Source of the DNA: the human T2T-CHM13v2.0 reference genome, Homo sapiens | DNA: 64,000 nucleotides | Reading direction: 5' to 3' (one strand) | Assembly (NCBI RefSeq): GCF_009914755.1 | Contig: NC_060935.1 | In this document: positions 16,033 through 28,777 of the stretch, in pieces | How the letters are laid out: every line of letters begins with the position of its first letter | Position numbering within the stretch: the first letter of the stretch is position 1 | Translations under genes and position numbers: made by a program | The notes under the pieces: model-generated | The model's input: only the letters and a program-made list of their open reading frames with translations | Told to the model about the DNA's origin: nothing | Databases searched by the model: none

Positions 16033-17363
16033 ATTTCTACCTATCTCTTCTATCTCTCTATCCGTCTATCATCCATGAAACACATTGTTGTAAGCCCTTG
16101 GTTTTTGGGTGCTTTGTTATGCAGCAATAGCTGACTGATACATGCGGCTGGGATTGTGCACACTGTATTTTCAGGCTCTTTGACCAGATGTCTTCCTGGA
16201 AGGCACTGGTGGGAGGTGAGGAGAGGAGATTTCTGTTCCTTCACCAGCTTCTTTCAGGGCCCTCCAGCCATAGAGGGGGGTGGCTACTCCAGCCCACCAC
16301 TTCTTTTGGCACTCCCAATACTGGCTCTGCCACTCCATCCTTTCTCTGTGCTCCTGGGTTCTGGCAGCCCAACCTCTTTCATTTGTTCCCCCAGCCCTGG
16401 GAGTGGAAGCTGCTTCCTGCTGTTCACAACGTCAGGTGCCTCGGTGCCCGTCTTCTCTTCCAGCCTCCAGCACCTGTGTAACCAGTTCTCTGTATTAACT
16501 TCCTTCTGTTTGAAATAACGAGTGTGGCTTCCTTTTCCTGACTGACTGCACAGTGATGGATGTCAAGTGGACTTTCAAGGTGAGTCTGAGGTACAGAAGC
16601 TGGAGATGCACTAGCGGGTGGATGAGGAGACAGACCCTCAGGAGGGAGGGGAACGTGCGGTTTAGCCAAAGCCGCATGTAGGGAAAATCCACCACGTTCC
16701 ACTCCTACATGGGAAAAGAAGGAAAGCCTCAAATCAATGGTCTCTCTACCGTAAGAAATTAGGAAAGAAAGAGAAGAGCAAATTAAGCCCAACGTGAGCA
16801 GGAAAAGCAAAATCATCAATAAAACAACAAAATGAAACACTAGAGAAAAGTCAACAAAACCAAAAGCTGGTTCTTTGAGAAGATCAATTAGACGGATAAA
16901 CCCCTAGCCAGGCTGGAGAATAAAAGAGAAAACAGACAAATTACCAATGTTAGGAACAAGACAGGTGACGCCACTGTGGATTCTACACATATTACAAAGA
17001 TAATAGGGGGACATCATGAACTACTTCAAGTCGAAACATTTGGCAGCCCGGATGAAAAGGACAAACTCCTTGGAGACAGGATGAATCGAAGATCACTTGG
17101 GCAGAAATAACTTGAATGGCCCTATATGTTAAAGGAATTGAATTGTAAATAAAACACAACAAAGCCTTCCTGCAAAGAAAACCCCAGGCCCAGATGGTTT
17201 CACTGGTGAATTCTACCAAAGATTTAAGAAAGAAGTATGTCAACTCTGCACAAACCCTTCCAACAATAACTGAAAAGAGAGGAACACCTTCAACTCTTCC
17301 TCTGAGGCCAGTATTACCCCGATTTCAAAACCACATAAAAACATTATAAGAAGACTATGAACC

Positions 17364-17689
17364 TTTCCTTTGAAAGCAGTCTTTAGATACAAGCTTTATC
17401 TGACACATTAACATGTTAGACTGCTTTCAAATGAAAGACTGTGTATCAAATGAAAGAAGGGGCTTATGAAGGTGTTGGAAATGAGATCATCGGGAAAAGA
17501 GTGTGGGAAGGGGCTTTCCTATCCCTCTTATTTACAACCCAACTTAATAAACACACGGTATACTATTTCCTGCTATTCTTTGTCCTATGTTTCCTGGTTA
17601 TTTTGATAATGTACTTTACCACTGTGGCCAGTTCTTCTCCTGACTCTTTCACATAAATAAAGTGTCCATATTTCTGGAAAAAAAAAAAA
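17364..17689 (+). pseudogene. Orphan polyadenylated retro-insert (5'-truncated retrocopy or transduction, donor unknown)
   Basis: AATAAA 17656-17661, A12 tail 17678-17689, 16-bp TSD with one mismatch. Confidence 0.7.
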
Positions 17690-17753
17690 GAAGGCTATGA
17701 ACCAACATCCCTCATAAACACAGATGTAAAAATTCTAAACAAATTAAAAAAAT

Positions 17754-17972
17754 ATTTTACTTTAAGTCCTGGGATGCATGTGTAGAACGTGCAGGTTTGT
17801 TACATAGGTAAACGTGTGTCATGGTGGTTTGCTGCACCTGTCAACCCATCACCTAGGTATTAAGCCCCACATGCATTACCTATTTGTCCTGATGCTCTCC
17901 CTCCCCTCACCTCCCACCCCCCACCAGGCCCCAGTGTGTGTTGTTCCCCTCCCTGTATCCACGTGTTCTCAT
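17754..17972 (-). mobile_element. L1PA-like 3' end inserted antisense
   Basis: ttttactttaag..gaacgtgcaggtttgttacataggta..; flanking ttctaaacaa duplicated. Confidence 0.85.
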
Positions 17973-18457
17973 TCTAAACAAGATTTTTTCAAATCGAATC
18001 AAAAAATTTATTAAAACTATAACCACAGGGGATTTATTCCAAGAATCCAGAGTTGGTCTAACATTCAAAATCAATGTAATTCATCATGTGAACAGACTAA
18101 AGATGACCAATCATAGGATCATCTCAGTCAATTCAGAAGAACGCACTTGACCAGATTCAACACCCACTCCTGATAAGAACTCTCCTAAAAATAGAATATA
18201 ACTTCCTCATCCTCATAATGGCATTTATAAAAAGCCTGCAGATGACATCATACTTAAACACTAATGCTTTCCCCTGAAATCAGGAACAAGACCAAGATAC
18301 CTGCTCTCACCACTTCTAATGAACATGGTGCTGGAAAGCACAGCCAGGCAATCGGGAAGGTGAATACACTTAAAAGATCTAGATTGGAAGGGGGAGTGAA
18401 ACTGTGACAGATGATGTGATCATCTGTGCATAATCGAGTATCTATAAAAGGCAGCGG

Positions 18458-18925
<468 letters not shown>

Positions 18926-18945
18926 CATGTTAAAATTTCTATTAG

Positions 18946-19551
<606 letters not shown>

Positions 19552-20469
19552 TTATTCTGCCTTGAAAAGGAAGGAAGGAAATTCTGACACAGGCTACAAT
19601 ACATAGATGACATGAGGCCGAGTGAAATAAGCCAGACACAAAAAGACCAACACGGTATCATTCCACTTATTTGAGGTATCTCAAGTTGTCAGATTCATAG
19701 CAACAGAAAGCAGAATGGTGGCTACCTGAGGCTGGGGGAGAGCGGAGGGTGTGTTTAGTGGGAGCAGAGTTTCAGTTTAAGAAAAATGAAGGTGTTCTGG
19801 AGCTGAATGCTGGTGATGGCTGCACAGCATGGTGACATAGTCAATACCACTGAGCCACGCACTTAAGACTGCGTAAGATGAGAAATTCTGTTATGTGTAT
19901 CTTTCCATAATAAAAAGTCCCAAAAAATCAATTGTATCTCTCTATATTAGCAATAAATAATTGGAAATGGGAACAAACAATATCATTATAACGGTACAAA
20001 AATATGAAATACTTAGGGAAAAATCTGACAAAGGATGTGAAAGACGAGTACGCTGAAAACTGTAAACCATTGGGAGGGAAATTAGAGACCTGCAGAAACA
20101 GGTATGTACACCTTGTCCATGGGCTGGAAGACTCCATATTGCTAGGACGTAAGTTCTTTCTAAACTGATAAATATATTTAATGCAATTTCAGTCAAAATC
20201 CCTGCAGGCTTTTTTTTTTTTGGTAGAAACTGACAAATTGAGACTAAATTCAGAGGGAAATGCAGAGGACATAGAAGAGCCAACGCAGTCCTGAAAAAGG
20301 GGCAAAGTTGGAGGAAACTGAAACATTGGCTGGGATTGAGAACTGTTACAAAGCTACAATAATCAAAACAGTGCAGCATTAGCATAATGACAGACAAATA
20401 GGTCAATGAACAGAGTAAAGTCCAGAAACAAATTCATGTGTATATAAACAATAATTATTTTTTCTTTAA

Positions 20470-20628
<159 letters not shown>

Positions 20629-21139
20629 TTGAATTTTCAACAAAGGAGCAGAAGTACTGCAATGAAGAAAGAATAGTCTTGTCAACAAATGGGGCTAGAA
20701 CAATTGGATATCCATACATAATAAGACAAACTTCAAGCCATACCTCATACTACATATAAAAAATTAACTCAAAATGCATCATGGAAAACCCCAAACTATA
20801 AAATTTCTAAAAGAAAACATAGGGGAAAATATTTGTGTGATCTTGGGTTAGGCAAAGATTTCCTACATGTAATACCAAAGGCAAAATTTATAAAAAAGTA
20901 AATTGATCAATTGGATTTTATCAAAATTTTGAAACTCCTACTTTAAAAAACACTATTGAGAGAATGAAAAGACAAGCCACAGACTGGGAGAAATATATCT
21001 ACAAAGGATCTCTCCAATAAAGGACTCGTATCTAGAATACATAAATAATGTTTAGATCTTAAAAAGAAACCCACCCCAATAACCCAATAAATAATGGGCA
21101 AAAGATTTGAGTAGGCGTTTCACTAAAGAAGACATATGG

Positions 21140-21679
<540 letters not shown>

Positions 21680-23199
21680 AAAGAAGACATATGGATGGCA
21701 GATAAGTGTATAAAAAAATTCTTAACATCATTAGTCATTAGTGAAATACAATTTCAAGTAATAATGAGACAACATCACACACTTACTGGAGCGGCTAAAA
21801 TTAAAAAGACTGACCATCCCAAGTGTTGACAAGGCTGTGGGGTAACGGATGTCTCATACACTGCCGGTGGGAATGTAGAAAGGTACAACCACTTTGGAAA
21901 GCAGTTTAGCGATTTCTCAAAAAGTTGAACATAGACCTACCTGTCTGATCCAGATACTCCACTCCTAGGTATTTACCTGGCAGAAAAGAAAGTGTATGTC
22001 CACACTAAGATTACACAAATGTTCGAAGCAGTTTTGTTCGTAGTGGCCTCAAATGGACAAGGAGCCCAGTGTCCATTAGCAGGGAATGAATGAGCCCAGG
22101 AAGGAATGAGCTATTTACACAGCAATGCTGGATGCAATCTCAACATAATTATGCTTAGTGAAAGAGACCGAAGAATGCATACTGTATAGTTCCATTTACA
22201 CAGAATCCTAGAAAATGCAAACAAATCTGCAAAGTCCTAGAAAATGCAAACAAATGCCATGGAAAAGAAACCCTGGGTAGCTCCCGAGTGGGGAAGGGTG
22301 GGAGGGAGAGATTCCAAAGAGGTGTAAGGAGCCCTGTGTGGGTGATGGGTGGGGACATATTCATCCTGATTGGGGTGGTGGTTTCCCAAGTTCAACCAAT
22401 TTATGTCAAAACTGACCCAATCATACACGTAAACATGTGCGGTTTATTGTATGTCAATTCTAACTCAGTTAAGCTGTTTTAGCCTGTGTCAACGCACTTT
22501 CCTGACCAGTAAATCCTAAGTGTTTTCCTTGTTGCCACATAAAATCCTAGTCATAATTTATAGTGGATGCATGTTATTCTAGAGTTGTTTGGCTCTTAGA
22601 GATTTAAAATTAATCAGAGAAATATATTAGAGCCCAAACTATAGTGACAGTAAAAAATGACCAGTGCTTGCCAGGGATTTGTGGGGAAGGATGGAATAGC
22701 TGAGACACAGGGCATGTGTTAGGGTGGTACAACCATTTTGCATGCTACTATCCTGGTGGATATTTGACACTCTACATTTGCAAAACCCAGAAAACTTAAT
22801 AGTGCAAAGAGTGAACCTTGATGTACACAAACATAAAAATATTCAGGAGGTTGAGGGATGCCACAGATGAAATGCGGAATGTGGCAAAACAATCCAACTG
22901 TATTTCAAATGCATGAAATAAACTCACAGAAGGGGGCGGGGGTGGAGGGATGTTGAAGGGCCCTGACCTTTGGGCACTTCGGCAAGGAGCAAGGGGGCAC
23001 TGAGATTCCTGCCCTGGGGCTACGACACCACCCAGGAACCCCTGATCTTTCTGTTACTTATGACTGGGGTTTCTCCAAAAAGCAACAGTCTCCTTTGCAA
23101 AAAGTGGCCACACCATTATCAAGCGGTGGACAGTGTAAGTTTGGGGCTGGGAAGATTCTCTGGGACCACATTGCAGCTCTGCCATTCTTGGGCTGGGTG

Positions 23200-23335
23200 A
23201 GCCGAAGGAGTGCTTTCACCCTCTCTGAGTCTCAGTTTCCTTGTCTATAGGATGGAGTGAGGTGAGTGCCTTCCTCCCAGGGTTGAGGGCTCCAGTGAGG
23301 TGGGCCTATAGAGCAGTTGGCCTGTACTTGCTCAT
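23200..23335 (+). mobile_element. MIR-like fragment
   Basis: ctctctgagtctcagtttccttgtctataggatggag MIR core motif. Confidence 0.55.
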
Positions 23336-23407
23336 CATGAGCTCTTGTGAGGTGGAGCCCTGTGGAGCTGCCACAGAAGGTGAACTCCAGTACCAGGGAG
23401 ATTTCAT

Positions 23408-24360
23408 TTGTCCATCCTTTTACCCACCCACCCACCGATTAATCCATCATCCACCCACCCACCCACCCATCCACCCACCCACTCATCCATCTATCTGTCC
23501 ATTTTTCCATCCATCCATCCATCCATCCATCCATCCATCCACTCATCCACTCATCCATCTCTCCATTCATCCATCCACCTATCCAGTCACTCACTCACAT
23601 ATCCATCTATCCATCCATCCTTTCATCCATCCATTCTTTGACCCATCCACACATCCATCCCTCCATTCATCCATGCCTCCATCCATCCACCTATCCATTC
23701 ACTAACCCATCTATCCATCCATCCATCCATCCATCTATCCATCCATCCTTCCATTCACCCATTCATCCACTCATCCATCCATCCATCCATCCACTCACCC
23801 ACCCATTCATCTATCCATCCATCCACCCACCCATTCATCCATCCCTCCCTCCCATCCATCCATCCCTGACCCATTCATCCATCCCTTCCATCCATCCATC
23901 CATCCATCCATCCACTCACCCATCCACCCATCCATCCATCCCATCCATCTACCCACCCACTGACCCATTCATCCATCCTTCCCTCCCTCCCTCCCATCCA
24001 TCCATCCTTTCATTCACCCATTCATCCATCCATCCACCCACCCACCCATTCATCCATCCATCTAACGATCTGTCCCTCCCTCCCTCCATTTATCCACTCA
24101 TTCACCCAGCCAACCACCCATTCATCCATCCGTCCTCTCATTTACCCACTCATTTATTGATCTATTCATCCATCCATCCATCCATCCATCCCATCCATCT
24201 ACCCACTGACCCATTCATTTCCCCTCCCTGCTTCCCATCCGTCCATCTATCCATCCATCCATCCATCCACCTGCTGACCCATTCATTCCCCCTCCCTTCC
24301 TCCCATCCATCCATCCATCCATCCATCCACCCACCCACCCACCCACCCACCCACCCACCC
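23408..24360 (+). repeat. (CCAT)n simple repeat
   Basis: About 950 bp degenerate ccatccatccac array. Confidence 0.95.
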
Positions 24361-25356
24361 AGAAGCAAAGTTATTGAGTGCATCTGCTGTGAGGGTGGCC
24401 ATGGGGGGCCCACATGGGCTGCTGCCCTTGCAGCATTCGGAGCAGGATGGCCAGCAAGGGTCACACAGTGTGGCCAGGGTGGTGAGAACAGTGTTCAGTG
24501 TGAGGATGTGACACCTGGACCAAGTCTTGAGGGGCAAGTGCCCCAGGGTGTCTGGAATCCTGAAGCACAGCTATCCACCTGATGGCCCTGGCCCTGGGCT
24601 GCCCTTTCCTCAATGGAGCCTGCCCAGTGCCCGCCTGCCCAGCAGAGGCCTGGACTGGTTGAGGCCTCTCTTGATCCCTCACCTGAGAACAAACGCCTCT
24701 GTGTGCTCACTTGCTCACCCTCCACACCTCACAGAGCAGTGGCACCAACATCCCGCCTTTCACCTCTGCAGTCCTTGGGAGGTGAAGTGCACACCTCCAG
24801 GTGTCTCCGAACCTTTGGAGCCCCAGAAAGTGGACATGCTTGGGGTGTCTGAGTCTGCCCTGGAGATCTGGACGTGACTGGTGTTTTATTTGCCCTCCCT
24901 TGAATCCTCAGATGCTCACCTGCCAGGGTGTAGGTCTGGGCCTTGCCACTGTGTCCCTGTGTGGGGCTGGGGTTGGAGCTGGGGTCCTCCTTGGTGTCCA
25001 GAGGGCTGAGAACCACGGCTTCTCTGGGTGTGCTCTCCATCTGCCCACCAAGGCAGGGCCAGAGCTGTGGCGCTGGGGTTGGGTGCCAGCCCCCACCACC
25101 CTGGTTAAGCCCAGTTGGCTGGGGGCTGGGCAGCCTGGTGCTGGCAGGGTTGGCTGTGGCAGGATGGCTCTGGCCTGCAGAATGGGTGTGGGCCAGCCTG
25201 GCCTCTTGTGTCCTGAGATGCTGGCCTTGAGATGGAGACACAAGATGCTCGGTGACTCAGTTTCCCCTTCTGTAATGTGAGCTAATAATCAGACCAACCA
25301 CATAGGGACATGGAAAAATGGCCCCAGATGACACATGTGACTGACATGTGGGCAGC

Positions 25357-26684
25357 CTGCACTTGCTGGAGGCCGACATTTCAGTAATCAGCAATGGGGG
25401 CCACGTTTGGACCAACACAGGATGTAGGGAGACAGGGGCTGCCACGTGGGGATACCTAGGGCTGCGGTGTGGGCGGGTGGAGTGCTCTCCAGGAAAGCAG
25501 GCTCTGTGACTGGTCTCCCGCCCCCGTGGGAGAGGTATTGGCCACATGGGGAGTGCTTGCGGGGGTGGGTGGTGATACTCCAGGGAAGCAATCAGTGGGG
25601 CATGGGCCATTACTTCAGGCAGCCTAGGGTGGGCCTCAGGCTGGAGACCCCCGGAGGCCATCAGGAGGCAGCACGTCCTGGAGGCAGCACGTCCTGCTCC
25701 TTGGAGGACCAAGGTCTTTTCTTTCAAGGCCCTGCACTGATTGTGTCAGACCCACCTGCTTCGCCAGGGTCACATTTAAGAAGTCCCTTCACAGCAGCAT
25801 CCAGCCCGGCGCCATGCCAAAGACTGGAGCCATGGCCAGACAGGCCGACTCACAAAGCCACCGTTCGAGCGACCGGGACGTGTGCAGGGGACGCACCTGC
25901 TGTCTTTGGCTCCCCCAGCAGCATAGGGGTTCTCTCTTCTCGCCCCCTCCCCAGCCTCCTCTTCCCCTTCCCCTTCCTCCTCCTCCTTTCCCTCTCCCTC
26001 TTCCTCCGGTGGCTCTGACCCCCACATGCCCCTCACCCGGGCTTCCTGGTGAGTCAGGTTTGTGGATACACAGTAGGGGGGCCGTCACTTCAGGTGCCAT
26101 GTGACGTCAGTGCTGCCTCCTCCCTGCAGTCACTACTGCAAATTCCATGCAGCCGTTGGCAACAGTGTCTTGTCACGGTAAACATGTTGGGCGTGGGCAG
26201 GGTGGGGAGAGGCTGGGGGGGCCAGGATGCTGTCTGTGTGGGAAGCTGTACTCCAGGATGCTGTCTGTGTGGGAGGCTGTACTCCAGGATGCTGTCTGTG
26301 TGGGAGGCTGTACTCCATGCAGCCTCGTTCTGAGTCCCAGCCGGGGCCTGAGGCTGGGGCAGCCTGACATGGGGCTGGGGATGTGGGCTCCTGGCTCAAC
26401 TGTGTCCGGCCCGCCGTTGGGTGGGTGGTCATTCCCACCACTGCCATCATGTTCTTGTCACAGAAAGCAGAACCGACAAGCATTTTCCTCGGAGTGGTCA
26501 AAGCCCCCACTCTCTCCCTCCACCAGGGTCCCTCGAACCCCACGGGAAAGCCACAGAGTGGCGATGGGGTCCCAGGGCAATACGGCTGCCCACTCTCCCA
26601 CTCTGCACTTGCTGGAGGCCGACATTTCAGTAACCAGCAATGGGGGCCACATTTGGACCAACACAGGACGTGGGGAGAGAGGGG
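25357..26684 (+). repeat. Dispersed 82-bp direct repeat pair (25357-25438 and 26603-26684)
   Basis: ctgcacttgctggaggccgacatttcagtaa..ggaccaacacagga.. with 5 mismatches. Confidence 0.9.
26222..26317 (+). repeat. 31-bp tandem repeat x3
   Basis: ccaggatgctgtctgtgtggga(a/g)gctgtact. Confidence 0.9.
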
Positions 26685-27223
26685 ATGCAGTGCTGTGGAA
26701 CTGCCTGGCCCCCATCGCCTCCACCACCACAGTAGATGCTGCGAATCTGGCAGTGGGGACCGGCTGAGGCTTGGAGGCAAAGAGGCTGGGGACACTCTCG
26801 CTTTGGGGGTGCCAGTGACTCCATAGTCGCCCCGGCCTGATGGAGCCCTCACTGTCCTCTTCCCCAGAACAGCTCCCTTTCCCCGTTAGGAATGGGGTTC
26901 AGCTCTCTGCACCCTGCCCCATGCAGGGCTGCCTGTAACCTCAGACAGGGCTCCTACCTGGGACCTTGCCATGGGCCAAGAGGGGTGTTGGGGTCAGACC
27001 CCTGAGCCTGGGAACCACCACTGCCCGTCCAGAGGGGACACAGGGTCAGATCTAGGGGACCTACCTCAGGCTTCAGGGCTGGAGGGGCTGTGCTGGGCAG
27101 CTTGTGCTCCGCTAGGATTCCTCCAATCCCCCCAGGGCAGGGGGAGCCTGGCCTGGAAAATCTCTGTCCTGAGGCCCGCCTGGGGCATGTCAGGGTCAGG
27201 GGACTGCAGTTGGGGCCGTCCTT

Positions 27224-27233
27224 GGGTTTCCCC
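27224..27233. promoter_or_regulatory. NF-kB-like element about 1.45 kb upstream of MUC2 TSS
   Basis: GGGTTTCCCC (one mismatch to GGGRNWYYCC); position agrees with my recollection of a distal NF-kB site in the MUC2 promoter. Confidence 0.55.
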
Positions 27234-28479
27234 AGGGCTCAGTGCCAGTGTGCGGAGGCCCACACCAGGAAGTGAACAATGATCTCCTCTGGCCTCGCCC
27301 AGCTGGCTCTGGTTTCCTAATCCCCGGTCCTCCTGGCAGGGGCCACACACTGAGCTTCCTCCACGTGCCCAGGTCCTGGCAGGGAGCGCAGACCCTGGGG
27401 CCTGGTGCTGGCGGGCACCGCAGGAGGGCGGGAGGGGCTTCGTCCCAGGCCCTGGGTCTGGGCAGCAGGTCAGCCAGGGAAACAGGCTTGGTGCTTTGGG
27501 CCCCGAGTCTCTATAACTGTTGGGGTGAGTCCCTCCCCACTGCCATCATGCTGCCGGCATGTCCCTGGCATGTTCAGGCCAAAGCCAGGAACTCAACTCA
27601 GGGCCCCTCTCTATTTTCAGGAGGAGAAAATTGTAGAGAGAGGGGAGGGCCCCCAGACCTCAGTTTACCCACTGGCGACACAGGGGTGCCTGCCTGTGCC
27701 CTCCCGGGCCGGGGCAAGCAGTGGTGGGCCCAGTGGTCTCGTAGTCTGGGGTCGGTGTGAGTTCCGGTTCTCCAGGCTTTTTTCCAGACAACTGCTGGGA
27801 TTGGTGGGCGAGACCAAGGCTCATCAAAGGCACAGCCTTGGGGGCAGGATCCCCACCATGAGTCAGAGGTAGTTCTGGGGAGCCTGGGCAGGCTGTCACC
27901 TCCTCAGCTGTCAGGCCCGAGGTCCTCATGTGGTCCCCAGGAGAAGGGGCAGACGGCCACTTCCGGCCACCAGCCAGCTCCCTGTGTGCCTGATTCCGTA
28001 ACATGTCCCCTGGCTGGGCATGTACTCCCCAAGTTCTAATTACATGTAACTGCAGAGAAGGGCTCAGCCTGGGAAAAGGATGGGCATAGGGGGTGGTTGG
28101 GGGCTGGGGCCTCTGACACAGCTCCATGAGCCCGGCCAAGAGTCCCACACAAGTCAGTGGCCCCCCCGGACCCTGAAGGATCCCACATCCTCCCTGCCCT
28201 CGGGGAGGCCCCTTTCTGGGGTCAGGCCTGGAAGCTGCCCCAGAGCTTGGGCCCCAGGAATGGGTTGGTCCTCCCAGCGTAACGTGAGCCTGATCAGGCC
28301 TGGGGACCTGCTCAGCGGGTGTCTGGGGGCCCATGGCGGGCTAAGGAGCCTGACCAGACTTGCTTCTGGCAGGACACCCCTCCCCCGGCCACCCTGGGCT
28401 CGCCCCTCTAGTAGCTGCATGTGTTCCCCGGGTGTGTGTTGGCATTCAGGCTACAGGGCTGCCTCATCCTGAAGAAGGC

Positions 28480-28701
28480 TGCGTTTACCCAGGGAGCCAT
28501 AAAGAGATGACCTCCGATAACCTGAATCAATATTTCCCCATTGGGGCTCGGGCCCCCGCAGCTGTCTTCTTGATCATCTGGCAGATGCCACACCCACCCT
28601 TGGCCCTCCCCTGCCTTCCTGCCCTCCTACCCTCCTGCCAGGACATATAAGGACCAGACCCCTGCCCCCGGGCGCAACCCACACCGCCCCTGCCAGCCAC
28701 C
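28480..28701 (+). promoter_or_regulatory. MUC2: MUC2 proximal promoter and 5'UTR: TATA (28646-28650), CACCC/Sp-KLF boxes (28587-28599), CDX-type site GCCATAAA (28496-28503), TSS about 28675
   Basis: catataag about 30 nt before caacccacacc..ATG; gccacacccaccc; gccataaa. MUC2 regulation by CDX2 and Sp/KLF factors is established knowledge. Confidence 0.85.
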
Positions 28702-28777
28702 ATGGGGCTGCCACTAGCCCGCCTGGCGGCTGTGTGCCTGGCCCTGTCTTTGGCAGGGGGCTCGGAGCTCCAGACAG
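28702..28777 (+). CDS. MUC2: MUC2 exon 1 (coding part; signal peptide)
   Basis: Kozak gccaccATGg; [25 protein letters not shown]; donor G|gtgaga. Confidence 0.96.

Noticed and set aside
23241-24582. His/Pro/Ser/Ile-rich ORFs (also at 61569-62323)
   Set aside because: Translations of (CCAT)n simple repeats
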